A stretch of 62,324 nt of DNA, counting the filler, from Choristocarpus tenellus KU-1152 (Eukaryota; Protista; Phaeophyceae), in assembly GCA_964200185.2 (NCBI GenBank). It is 11 parts of 11 records of this genome, joined end to end, with 100 filler letters (N's around TTAATTAATTAA, not from the genome) between each part and the next. Parts side by side here need not be neighbours in the genome. Positions count along the whole stretch, not along the records: positions 47,773 to 51,007 come from CAXNAD020021348.1; positions 51,108 to 62,324 come from CAXNAD020002446.1; 9 more parts are not named here. One strand, given 5' to 3'. Made by a program: the position numbers and the translations under genes. Positions 49,947 to 62,324 of this stretch are shown here, piece by piece; within the stretch, counting starts at the first letter, position 1; the number at the start of each line of letters is the position of its first letter. Below the pieces are notes generated by a model. The model saw nothing but the letters and a program-made list of their open reading frames with translations, did not search any database and was not told the origin of the DNA.

Positions 49947-50217
49947 GAGAAAGCATTTCAGATGGTAGGAGTGGATCCGTTTAGGGACATAAATCAAATG
50001 TTGTGATTTCGATTAATTTTGGCTATCGTGTTTGTTACCAAGTGTCAATATCCTTGCTCCGGACGCACCTTTCATAGTCCTACACATTTTACCTACTCCG
50101 AAATTCGAAATACTTACACAGAAAAACGAAAAGAGAGGTGTAAATATAATGTGGGAAGCCAAGCCCTGAACGGACAAACAGGACAAAACTTCTACCCTCT
50201 TAAATGCTTTGGGTCTC
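49947..50217 (+). mobile_element. Older, diverged MITE family A copy
   Basis: Internal TTTTGGCTATCGTGTTTGTTA..AAGTGTCAATATCCTTG and a degenerate right TIR. Confidence 0.8.
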
Positions 50218-50967
50218 AAAATTGCGAAATCTCCCGGCAAATGTTGATGCGGTTGATTGTGTACCTACCCAGTTTCACTTCCAATTTTGTATTATTAAGT
50301 CCACAATTGATTAATGCCGAGGGAATTGTGCCTCAAATGACTTTTTTAGAAATATACTGTTGACTTGGACCTCGGGTATATCTCAGAGGAGTAGTGTCTT
50401 GCGAACAAGCTAGGTTTCTCCATCTCTATGAGGCATTAGTAAGTGATTAACCTTGTCAGGGGAGGGCAGTGAAAGGTTTGGGGGTCCAGAGATGTAATAT
50501 TGGACTCCACATGTTGCCTACCACTGATTTTCCCAGTAAATGGACTGAAGGTTGGTTTCCTTGGGTTGCCATAAGGTACTGTATCACTGAAAAGATAGGC
50601 TAAACTCCAAATATCATCTTCAGTTTCTCTCATACTTGTACTGTACCTCTGACTAAACTTGACCCTAACTATCATATCTCTGGTAGATGGAGATAGATGT
50701 TCCATGTAAATTCTCCGTCTGAGTACCATTGTTGTGCGAGGATGGACGCTTGATTGTTGAGAGGGCAGTGAGTGATAGCCTGCACCGATGGTGTAGATAA
50801 AAACCAGAGAGGTATCATGGTGAGCACTTCCACGCCCTATTAGGCCTTCTGGAAGAATGCCGTTAGTGTCTGGTGAATGCTCTATGGGCACGAGCACATG
50901 TGTACCCCCTGAGGTTTTGGAATGGTTCGTAGATTCAATAGCCTTTAGATTATGCAATGATGATGAT

Positions 50968-51007
50968 GGCTCAAAGTATCTGGGAGGGGGTGGCGGCTGT
51001 CCATTTG
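50968..51007 (-). mobile_element. MITE family B end at contig end
   Basis: GGCTCAAAGTATCTGGGAGGGGGTGGCGGCTGTCCATTTG. Confidence 0.85.
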
Positions 51008-51107
51008 NNNNNNNNNNNNNNNNNNNNNNNNNNNNNNNNNNNNNNNNNNNNTTAATTAATTAANNNNNNNNNNNNNNNNNNNNNNNNNNNNNNNNNNNNN
51101 NNNNNNN

Positions 51108-51139
51108 CCCCCCACCCCCCACCCCAGATACGTTGGGTC
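51108..51139 (-). mobile_element. MITE family B end at contig start
   Basis: CCCCAGATACGTTGGGTC after a poly-C tract. Confidence 0.7.
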
Positions 51140-51957
51140 AGTTATGTTTTAGTTTTATAGGGACTATTTTAACAAATCAAAATTGAATACAAATAGATCC
51201 TTGTGTGTCTGGAGTTTGGGTGACTGAGGTGGTTTTTGACTTCAAGATGTATTTTGATGCTCGTTCGTCAAGGGTCAATTGTGTAAATTGTAAATTTGAA
51301 AAAAAAACTATGCATTTATATATATATATATATATATATGCCTCCCTCGTATTGTTATATGTTCAATATTCCAACCAAAAAAGTTCAGAGGTGATTTGAA
51401 AGATTACTGTTTCGCACATACTAGAGCATAACTTAACCTTCAATATGTTGTACACATTTTCACTGTTGAAGAAGTACAAACACATAGTGGACATGGTCCA
51501 GACATGCATGCAAGATAGAAGTTAGACTGGCCAGATGGTGGGCATAGACCGATACAGTTAGTTACCCAGTGGACATGGTCCGGATTTGTTAGAGGATATT
51601 TGACCTAGTCCGACTGGCAGACATGGACTGGGTGGGATATGTCAATTAATTCTGAGACTGGTCCAGCCGGTGAACGGACCATTTTAATTTTCCGGCTTGG
51701 TGAAAATTCCTGCTTATTACGACACTAGAACGAGATAAAAAGAACGTTTTTTTTGTTTATTAGTAGAGGTGGTGTAAGTCTATGTTGGGTTTCCATCGGT
51801 TTGTATTGAGGACCCTCCACATGTAATATGATGTATTTGTGATGGAAATGCGTTGGAAACATGTGGTTTTGTGCTGTTGCTTGTCAATGCGTCTATCCTC
51901 TGAAGCAATGTGTCTGACCCTCCTGCACTCTCCCCCCTATATTCCCTTCCATACCAG

Positions 51958-54001
51958 TTGAAAAAGGCTCACTTTGTTGCAAGAGATGACATCGAGCCAA
52001 TGTACATCCATCCCAGTTCCGTCAACCATGCCCGCTTCACTCAGGCTGCAAGCACAGGAAGGCAGGTGCGACTTGCATTACATTCAATGACCAATGAACT
52101 TTGATGCCATGATCTGATTCGCTTCTCTTGTTGAGGTCAGTGGGGGGGGGGGAGGGCTTCTTGCATTCACTGTAAAATTACTTATATTTTGTAATCAGGC
52201 ATGGTAGTTGACGGTATTCTGCACTCTTGTCACTGAATGCTCACCTCCTCTCTTTCCTAAAGGAAACGGCCACTTGCATCACCCTTGGTCCCGAATATGA
52301 CATGCTGCAATTTAGTGAGATGACTCAATGTACTTGCGATACATTGGTCCTTGTGTGATGGATGGTGTTGTTCCTTCTTGCTGATGATGCAGTCTTGAAC
52401 CATTTAACAGGTGTGGGTGATCTATCACAGCAAGGTGAAGACTAAACAGGTCTACATGCACGATTCCACATATGCAACGCCCTTCAGTCTCATGCTCTGG
52501 GGGGCACGTATTGAGCATGTGCGCCCCTACGGCCACACTAAGAAGGCTGTGGAGGTTGTCATTGGTGAGATATGCAGTAGTCCTTTTGTTGGGAAGAGAG
52601 GTGGGCTTGACTCGTGGGGCAGTGTTTGAGGGGCTTATTCAAATGCCAGGCATGCTGTAATCTCTGTGTCTGCTTCTACAGTCACTGCTTGTTGCGGTGA
52701 GGTGAAGGTATGATGTGTTTGCTATCTCTTAGTACCTACGCGGTGATTATTTTCTATGTATCGAGAGTGTGGCTGTGAAAGATACTTTTCAATTGCGCTT
52801 CACTACCCTGAAACCACAGTTTTTTGCTGTTTCATCATCGTAAGGTAGATAGACTCAGTATGGGATGACTAGTATGCTTATACTTGTAGTGTGTCTTCAA
52901 AGCCCTGTACCATTTTTTTTTTGTAGCTCTAGCTCTTGAACAAGTCTTTCTTGGCGTGTTGTTCATGGATGCCGAGTTGTCAGGTCCTGGAAGAAACTCC
53001 TGTATTGATTTCCCCGTTGGAGTGTATCCTTGTTAGGTGTGAAGATATGGCACAAAGTTAGCTGTTGAACGGGTAATCCACTTTCTGTCTGACTAACTGG
53101 CCTCAAACATGAGCCGTCCTTATTGATACCAAGCTCTAGGGACCACAAATGTAAGGCAGTGATGTCTTCAAGGGTGTGGGATGTGAAGGGTTGGGTGGAG
53201 TGTAGCAAACACAAGCATTCAAATCATTGATTGTATTCAGAGTGTATTATTCTTTGGCAGCAGAATTGTGATGTGCATGATTTCCTTATTGTCTCTCTGC
53301 ATTCTGTACAAGGATTCAACAGTTTCCATCGGTCCATCAACAACAGATAGGTGATCAAAAAATCCAAAGTATCTTAGAGGGTAGAGCCGCGTCCATTTAG
53401 GGACCAAAATCCAATGTTACGATTTTGATGTAATTTTGGCTATGGTGTTTGTTATGGAGTGTCAATATCCATGTTCTGGACACACCTTTCATAACGTACA
53501 CACTTTCCCTACTCCGAAAATATTGGAGTAGGAAAGTGTCATAAAAGAATCCATGGGAAGTCAAGCCCCAAATGGACAAACAGGGCAAAACTCGTACCCT
53601 CTAAGATACTTTCACTCAAAATATTTCTTGTGTAATCTTCGATCCCGTCCACAAACACACACACTTGTATATGCTCGCGCGCACATGCACACAAACACAC
53701 ACACAACACTACTATCGTACTTACCCTGTGGACTGCCCCTTTCCCATTGTGTGCTGCCTGCAACCTTGCTTTCCGGACATGACCCCTGAACATTGGGCCG
53801 TTAGATCGATGGTTACGATTCCGCACACGGGAAAAGACAGCGGTTGTCTTCAAGGCCATGCGTAGGGAGCTCAACAACCTTTTGATCACCAAGATCGAGG
53901 ACCCACATGCTGATAACAGTGTGTTGTCGGGGATACTAGTGACGTGCCTCATGCGTCTCCTAGAAGTAGAGACCCGCTGCCAGGGAAGAGTAAAGTATTA
54001 G
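51958..54001 (+). CDS. DEAH/RHA RNA helicase C-terminal OB-fold region (DHX29/36/57-like); exons 51958-52065, 52411-52564, 53805-54001; 5' partial
   Basis: MYIHPSSVNH / WVIYHSKVKTKQVYMHDSTYATPFSLMLWG / DRWLRF...AVVFKAMRRELNNLLITKIEDP, with matching splice phases and a TAG stop. Confidence 0.88.
53361..53617 (+). mobile_element. MITE family A inside the helicase intron, TSD AAA(A)
   Basis: Full-length copy. Confidence 0.92.
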
Positions 54002-57000
54002 CAGTTTGTCTTGTTCTGTTTTTGGTTGGTCCATTGAAGAGTGGCAGCACACTTGATTACATTATACCTCATACTGAGTACATAGTGACTTTGAATTTTA
54101 TCGTCACTGGATAGAGCCTATCAATTCAGAATATTTATCAATTTTGATCTTCCTCTAGGTTAAAAACTTGTGACCCTTTTTTGGTGACCTAGTGTCAAGA
54201 GATGGGCTTGTGACTGTACGCGTGGAGACTAGTGATATCATAGTTTGCTGTACTTCGTCCTTTGTCTGTGAAGTGTTAGCCAGCAGGCGAGGAGGATCGC
54301 ATCAAGCTATACTGGAAGACTGAAGCATAACAAGTTTCCACATGCACCCCCTGAACAATCTTTCGGAGGGGAGAAGCATGGAGACAATGAACAGTGAAGT
54401 TAACGCTCGCTTGAGACAGAAAGAGAGATAGTTGATCCGCCACTACTATTCAAACATTCATGCTATTGCTATTATTGCAGTTGCATTGCATTGCCTTACC
54501 TACGACTGGAACGTTTAAGACTTGTACAAATAAATGTTATAGTGCAGTGTAAGTAAGGATCGATTTATTATACACCTTGATCTGCTGTATATATTATGAC
54601 TATATATATTTTTTGTATTGATTCATAAATTATTGATGTAATAGTAACTTTGCACTGTGTAGAGCTGTATGTACTGTAGAGCCTCTATGCGGCAGACTGT
54701 TGTGTGACTCGGGCTAGTAATATCGTCACATAGATAGCAAGGAAGCGGATGACAGCACAGTATATGCATTTGGTCAATCCATGCAATAGTGTTTAGCGCG
54801 CAGTTATTTATGCTTTGCAAATAGTATATTGTACATACATCCAACCAACCTGATAGGCCTGCCTAGCTAGGTTTCTATCCCTAATTCATGGAGGTAAGAC
54901 AGCGGTTTAGCACCTACAAGCTAGACATAATCAACAATCAATCGATCATTTTGTGTTTGTGATACGCAGCATAGTACACAACTTGATTTGGTGGGTGCAT
55001 AGAATACAAACCTTGGCATGTCTTCACTCCTCTCGTCCATCAATTATATTCCTTGGTTCACTAGATATTAAATGTACGGAACAGCTAACTGCTGGTTCCA
55101 CGTGTCTGTCCTTCCTTGTGGCCTATCATTCAGGCTTTGCAACCATAATATTTGTGTCTGTTTGAGTTCTGATTGATGGTTCTTGTACTTTTGCCCACAG
55201 TGATCGCTGTGTTTTACATATTTCAAAACCAGATATTTTCTCGATTTTCATTTTTATTGTAATAGATGCAACAACATACATAGTGATTGCATCGTAAGTA
55301 GTTGTGTGTAGATACTATTGTCCATCGTTTTTATGTATAGTGTGTGTTATGGGCTGAACTTAAGGAAGTAATATAGTAAACACTGCTTCAAACAGTGTTA
55401 CTAGGTTTTCTTTATTTATGTATGATGTATACCGCAATTTTTTCATGTTTTTGTATTCTTCGGCGTTAAAAGCTGTCTGATCTGCTGCTGTAAGTTTTGC
55501 ATGATGACGAGAGACCCCATTCCAACCTACCAATGCTTCCTTCTTAGTTGAAATGTATGAGCAAAAATAGTAAGAGAGAACAAGGGAGAGCTACTACTAT
55601 TACTGCAGTACTATTATGGAAGGAACTAGTTGGTAGGAATCAACACTCTCTTCTTGGCCACCTTCCTTCAATTTTCTGAGAGGCAAAGTTCACTTTGCAA
55701 GCCAATTCTTCGCCGCTTTACTAGGAAAGCTTACGCAATATATCGACCCCTCGTGCTGTATTGGAAAGGTAAGGATCCTGCCTCTCCACAGGTATACTTT
55801 TTTGTCTGCAGAAGATTCCTACCAGTTGCACAGCTGCACCTAGATGTTGAGCCGTCTCTTTTAGGACTCTCTCGACATGATGGTGTCCAATGAAGCAACA
55901 AATACTTCTATGATGTAGCTGGGAACCTTGTTATCCGGTTTTGATCGCGGTTTGCCACTGTTCAAAGTAATTCATGATATGTGTGTGTGATCCTGGACAG
56001 GGGTATCATAATTGGGGTTCTGAGCCCACATATAAGGATCAATGTGAGGTACAAGACTGCCCTCACAAATTATCCTCGCTGAGTTGTGCATTGGAAAGAC
56101 CAGCATCCTCGAGGCCCACAGGTAAATATATATCTGCAGCGGTTGCACATTGGTGTCTAGAAGTTGAGAGATCAACTTGGGGATTGACCTATCGGGTTGA
56201 GAATAATCTCAACCTGATGGTATCCAATGAAGGAAAATATTGTTCGATGTTGTAGCTGGGAACTGTCCGCAGTAGCGATGGTCTCAGATCTACACAGTTC
56301 AAGAGTTGTTTAGGAGACACAAGTGGTTCTGCACAGGGTTTCGTTTCAAAACTGGGTTCTGAGGACTTTGCGACAGGCTGGATCTTGCGGAAGCACAACA
56401 TCGTGAAGAACATGGGCAAATTGTCAAAATAGTGAAAGAGGAAGAAAGGGCCGAGTTGCTAGCCTTGAGTAAAGCTGCCAAATGTACCTGGATAGATAAG
56501 GTGAAGCTTAAGACGGCTTAGGAGGGAGAAGAGGTTGAGAAGAGGGCGGAGAACCTCGCTGCTTCCCCTAGCACTGAGGATGACATCCGAGTCTAACCAA
56601 CTGAGAGGTAGGGCAGGGTTCCATTATAAGGATCCCGAGAAAGGTCAGAAATATGCCGCTTCTTACAATTGGAGAAGGAGCCTTCGCTGGATTGTGTTGT
56701 CACTTTGTCTATGGAAAGGGGAATGTCAATCTTGTGCACACTACTGTACACATCAGAGTAACGAAACAGAGTGTATTGCACAGGGCAAGAAAGGCGTCTT
56801 GGATTACACAACAAGGGAAATCTTTGCCCATTTTGTTGGCAAACAAGTCGACCTCTGGTCTCTCGGCCGAGACAGATTTCACTTCGGATCTCCTTGACAC
56901 TTTTGACATATGTTTTGGGCACAGACTTTCCTTTTGTGACTATTCAATGTGATGAGATGCAGGCAAGACCAACTTACCATGGTTCTGGTATGTTCGTGTG

Positions 57001-57983
57001 ATCAATCAATGGGTGAATTATGGGTACTATGTTTTGTGCTGACTTGTCACATCCAATCACAGAGGGGATTGAAGAATACGTTGCGTTCAGAGTGGGTCAT
57101 AGGAGTTTCTTAGTTTACCTTTTTGGTGCTCCTTATCACCCCCCCATCAAACATAACACTATTGTTTTCATGGTGATACACGCTGGGCCTCAAACCCGAG
57201 ACTTCTATCTTACCAGATCCACTTTTTCGGGGGGGCTTTCATATTACTCTCTCCATTTTTTAAAAATCGAAATTTCGAATGGATAAAATAAGGAGGCATC
57301 GGCATATTTTACTGTTTCATTTCTCACCGGGGTAACGGATTCGTAGATTTGCAATATCCTGCATCCAACAAGCGCACCGATCGGCGACGAAGGACTCCTG
57401 TCTGTCGAGTATAAGATAGTTCAGCCCAGGCAGTTCCAACAACTTGTCCCGATTACGTTGGGGTTTGAAACTGGGAGTCGTACAGCACGTATGAGTCGTC
57501 TCGAGTGGTCTGTGAAAATAAGCCGGAGCTCGCAGAAGGTAGGACAGAGGGCCCGTTTGTACAGGGAGTTGACATGGGGTTCTGAATAGATGTGGATGAA
57601 GAAAAGCCTTAGTTTTGTTTTATGAACCACTCTAGATTGGACTTTCCACGCATTAACGTCTACATCATGATGACATAATGAACAGCAATCGCAAAATTTT
57701 CTTCTAACACAGTGGTCGGCCTTGTCCCGACATCTTTTTATGGGTGCAGTGCGAGTATCCTGGAGCTGACGAATCTGGACTGTCCGACAGGTCGTGGGAG
57801 ATGTACAAGGGTCGATGAAACCCACATGCGATTGACGGGCTCTTCTGCTCCGTAAGTGCACGCTTCCTGTCCAATTCGAGCTACCAATGGAAAGCTCCGA
57901 ATACCATATTCACACACACGGGAGAGTCATATAAATGCATAGATCCTCACATTTCCTTCCGTGTATCCAGGTCAGTCTCCACA

Positions 57984-60900
57984 ATGTGGCCATATATTCC
58001 TGCAAAGCCGCCGGGGTTGCTACTTTTGACCCTGGCGAGCTTATGCTTACTAGTATCCGGACAGGTTTGCCAAGATTTCTCGGTGGACACAGGAGCGTAT
58101 TGGTGAGCATTAAAATTATGGTTGGGTCTCATGTGCTGAGAGTCTCTGCCTTCTTCTCATGCTTTCCCCTTTCTCAATGCATCCTGTGGCATTGAAAGTC
58201 GGTGATGGTGGTGAGTGTCATCATACTTCTCCATGACAAGGACATGGCATATTACACCGGATAGAACTGTCTCTAGGCAACTTAAAACAACCTCTTTGTT
58301 GTTGCTTGGATGCCAGGATCTTGGACACAACAAGGTGCAAGCAATTACGATTCAGAAAATTGCTTGTAACAAAGGCTAAGACTAGTACACTTTGTTGATG
58401 GTTGGTCAGTTTTTTGGCTCGTTTGACTGTTGACAGCTGTACGGATCTTGTCGATCCAATGGAAATCCAGCCATTTTGGTGCAGTTCAGGGGTGTGGCGT
58501 AGGTAAGGGATTGCATGCCAAAAAATGGACTATTTATTTGTGAAGGCCCCAAAAAGATCAAAGTCAATGCATTGATTTAGTTTAATTTACGCATGTGAAT
58601 TTCAAAGTGTGATGAGTCTGATTCTTACTGTTTTCTCACTTTTACTATTTTTTTGCCCTCCAGACTTGTATCTGAGTGAGTGGTACAACCGGAAGAAGCC
58701 TCTATCTTGAAATGGGTGTTGCAAATTGCTGAATAGTTGAATTACTACAATTTGATTAAATCAAAGATAGTTGACAACACTAATTTCGAGGTTAGATTTG
58801 ATTGGTTACTCCTTGTGTATCCACACTGTGCACTCTTCTCATTGCCTGTGCGTCCTGTGATGCTTGGTGCTTTGCATGACTCTCTTCTAGCTGAGTGCAT
58901 TGAAAGTTGTTGAGCCAATGAAATGTTACTTGCCAAAAAAATTGGTTCAGGACACTTCTCACTATAGAGTGGTACAATGTTCAATATCTTGCTATATACC
59001 CCAACACCAGCCATGATGATTCTACAATCTTTGTTCCTACCTAGCCCCCCTATCATGCAAGTCATGTGAATCACTCTTTGTTTTTATTGCTCAGGACTGA
59101 TGTTGCCAACTGCACAAGTTGTGTTAGTTTGGGGGGATGTGGGTATTGCTTGTCGACGCTGCGATGCATCGATGGCACAGAGATTGGTCCCGCAGATGGA
59201 TCACCCTGCCCAAATTGGATCACAGACATGGATGTATGTCCAGGTGAGCAACCCTAGTACAAACACAGAAAAACGTGCTGCATAGTGCACATCATATACC
59301 TGTTTAATCAAGTGGTGGGAGTCCTATGTGTGGGGGACTGATCTCTCATTTGAAATCTACACTGACTTTGATTTGCATAGCTACTATGCATTAATCGAAC
59401 AGTATACCACTCTCCCTCTCTCACAGCTTGTGAGGAAAGCTGTGGTAGTGCCAGAACATGTTGTACAAAGAACACTCCACCAGTAGGTGTTTTGATAGGT
59501 GCGTGTGACTTTCTTTTTCCTTTGTGCAATAAATATGCACTGTACACACCCTCGCACAGGGCGGTGTAGATTGTGCTGTCCTATACAAGTATAAACGATG
59601 ACAGTACACTAGTGTACTCCAGCAATACACAGTATATCTGGGCAGTGCAGAGCATTAAGGTGCTGAGGTATCAGAGGCGCTAACACTGACTCCCATGCCC
59701 TTTGCTTCGCATTTCCCCTACAACACTTAAGGACTCGCTGAAGATGCATTTTTGTTGATTTGACTAGATGTCTTTCAGTCCCGTGTCTTACTCCATTGAA
59801 AAAAATTAGACAGCATCTATCATCTGTTCAATACCTAGTTCAATACCTAGTTGCTACTGCATAAGAAAAAAAATGTCTCTATAGTTTTGGACTGTTCTGT
59901 TCTTACACCTCATATACAAAATCAGAGGCTTGGGAATAAGAGGATGTTGCAGAGATCTCCTCAGAAGGGTGCTATCGATTTTCTTTGGTGCAAACTAAAC
60001 ACCTCCTGTCTTGAAGCAACTATGCATTATGTGACCTTTTGACAGTTCTTTACAGCAGGCCCCAGCAAAGACATTTGCACTATGTATTTATATAGAAACT
60101 ATACTGCCTCTCACAGTACCTCACCCTGTAAGATGTTTTCGCAACCTGGGTAACTCGAGTGTCCAAGGTGGCATTTTTATATACTGACATCCCATATTGT
60201 GACAGTACATTTAACACAAATCAAACCTTTTAGAATGAGTCAATACACTGTTGGGCCACTAATCTCATTATTGGGAGGTACTCTTTCGTAACACTGAACC
60301 CACACTACATACAACCTTGAGGACTAAATACATTACGAATTTTCACCTCTCATAGGATTGTGGGGTGTGTGGGGAATGATAAACTAGTGGGGTAGTAAGA
60401 AAACACCCAAGCATAGGAAGGCAGCACCCCAAGTTGCTGCTCAGTTTCTAATCCTGAATACAGAACCAAATCTGTAGGGTTGTGTCCACCCCATGGACAA
60501 CACCTTCGTGATGAATTTATCATTCTCACAGCGTTATTTTGATGCCCAGGGAAACAGGGAGGTGTAGGCTGCTGCAGTGTTTTTCACTATAGTTGATTTT
60601 AGAGGGCAAGGTCCATCAAGAGTCGGCTGTGATTGCTGAAATGTGGTTACGTTTCTCTTCATAAACCCAATATCAGACTTTTGGTTTCCATTTCAGTCTC
60701 TTACTAAGATGCTACCAAAGAAGATCACAAGCATTATTCATCTTGTGGTCCATATCTGTTGGGATGTGTGTGCATTGACTGAGTAAGAGACAGCAATTCA
60801 TAAGGATTCTATACAGAGTATTCTGAGGAATATGTTTTGCATTTGCCTTATATTGAGTGGGATGGATATAGACCTATGTTTAAAGAGCTGCAGCCTGTGC

Positions 60901-61579
60901 CACTTTGAGGTGGAGCAGTAGGTGCATGCTGTTGGAACATATTGAGCACTCAGTTATAGCTATGAGCTAAATGTACTTGTTGTCACATGAGGTACTTCTT
61001 GCTAAAATATTGTGCCTCAACTGTGTGCATGCACTATGATTGGGGGAACCACCCAGGCAGTTATTGGATCGGAGTGTCACTCATCACTATAATCTCTGAC
61101 AAGATTAATCAACATGGTGGGCCCTGACATATGAAGTACTGATTATATTTGACACCCCCAAACACCTTTCATACTAGTGAAGCACACTCCACAATGCAAA
61201 TGTTACCACCTCATCATCCATTCACACCCCAAAATGGAATGAAAAACAAAGTTTGATATTTGTTGATTTTGGCCAGGTGGTGCTTGAGGTGAGTTCCAAC
61301 CGTATAGTCTTACAACTGTAGGGGATCTACATCATAATTCTTTGCCTCCCCTGATGATGTTAATCATGACCTACCCACCCCTCCACTGCCCTATGTACAA
61401 AACGTGAATCACAGAGACACCTCGATGCAGTGAGTACCCAGAGTGTAGCACCTGCGCAGAGGATGAGGATTGCGCATGGTGTGCTTCTGAGGGAGCATGT
61501 ATGACTGTGTCGGAGATCTTCAGCATGGACTGCCGTGGGACTGTGTTTGACTTACCGTGCCCCACCACATTTGTTGCAG
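57984..61579 (+). CDS. Secreted PSI (plexin-repeat)-like Cys-rich protein; proposed exons 57984-58102, 58437-58502, 58664-58675, 59095-59243, 61415-61579; 3' partial
   Basis: Signal-like MWPYIPAKPPGLLLLTLASLCLLVSG; NCTSCVSLGGCGYCLSTLRC and CSEYPECSTCAEDEDCAWCASEGAC fit the PSI pattern. Phases match; the first three exons are less certain. Confidence 0.7.
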
Positions 61580-62158
61580 GTATGCACGTGCATCTGTAGT
61601 GACAAAAGCCTGTTGACCTTGCTTAATCTTGCCTTGCTTTCTCAGGACTTCATCTGGAGCGGCATGTTATGGGCACCTTACAGATTTTTTGCATTCTTTC
61701 CATCATCAGAAAACTTTGACCATATGTACTGTTGGAAACGAGGAGGATATCTTGCTTAGAGATGCATGATTCATGCTAAGGTAGGTCTTGTCCTGGTTGC
61801 CTGGGTAACTTCTACTTATTTGGTGGTCTTCTGCAACAAGGTAGGTTTTGCCATGAGGACTTGACCCGCTCGTGACAACTAAGAGCTGTAAAGTAGTGCT
61901 GAATACAGATGATCGATCCCACTTGACTGCTGAATTTGCCAGGGAATGATTATGGAAAAATCTCCTCGTTGTTATGCATGCAGAATTTTAAATTTTCCAT
62001 GCGAAATTTTTGCAAACATGCTTGGAAAAAGTCTGTATTAATTTCACCCTATGGGCCACAGAGTCTCCTTCATGCCCCAGAATAATTCTTAAACAGTGTT
62101 CTGCCTCATATGCCAAGTGGAACAATCACGCCACCACGATTAAGGAACTTTTTCCTCA

Positions 62159-62324
62159 GAGTAAAATTATCTTAGAGGGTAGGGCCACGTCCATTTGGGG
62201 GCCAAAATCCAATGTTGCGATTTGAGGTAATTTTGGCTACCGTGCTTGTTAGGAAGTATCAATATCTATGTTTTGGACACACCTTTTCATAACGTATACA
62301 TTTTACCTACTCCTAAACATTTTG
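62159..62324 (+). mobile_element. MITE family A, cut by window end
   Basis: TATCTTAGAGGGTAGGGCCACGTCCATTTGGGGGCCAAAATCCAATGTTGCG. Confidence 0.9.

Noticed and set aside
50436-50957. 173-aa minus-strand ORF as a real gene
   Set aside because: No recognisable motif or splice structure; it sits among MITEs at a contig end.
2664-51107. Recurrent TTAATTAATTAA palindrome as a biological motif
   Set aside because: Always centred in exactly 44+44 Ns; it is an artificial six-frame-stop contig linker. ORFs running into X runs are artefacts.
50968-51139. A single MITE-B spanning the linker, implying the two contigs are adjacent
   Set aside because: Flanks differ (GAT vs AGT), so there is no TSD; most likely two different copies.
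8719-53617. MITE-A/B acting as introner elements
   Set aside because: Copies lack GT..AG at their ends, lie within existing introns, intergenic DNA or dead genes, and exonic insertions are disruptive.

Overview
This is eukaryotic nuclear DNA with GT-AG spliceosomal introns. It is probably from a photosynthetic stramenopile such as a brown alga, inferred from the Pmp/adhesin-like gene, plastid-type TerC and Copia style. The window is not one locus: 11 short contigs are joined by 10 artificial 100-nt linkers (44N-TTAATTAATTAA-44N), so no adjacency across a linker can be trusted. Host genes: part of NAE1/APP-BP1, a complete 13-exon secreted Pmp-repeat (beta-helix) gene, the 3' end of a DEAH helicase and the 5' end of a secreted PSI-domain gene. 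Apparent pseudogenes: TerC, a Ser/Thr kinase and DPH7. Mobile DNA is dense: nested Copia fragments with a solo LTR, a decayed PIF/Harbinger transposase, a LINE relic and about 20 copies of two MITE families that share a bipartite terminus. The most intriguing feature is an intron-containing ParB/Sulfiredoxin-fold gene placed head-to-head with a Cys-motif ORF across direct repeats. A second ParB-like ORF with upstream repeats lies on another contig, which suggests a eukaryotic mobile element family carrying ParB-fold proteins. All calls are by eye; no searches were run.
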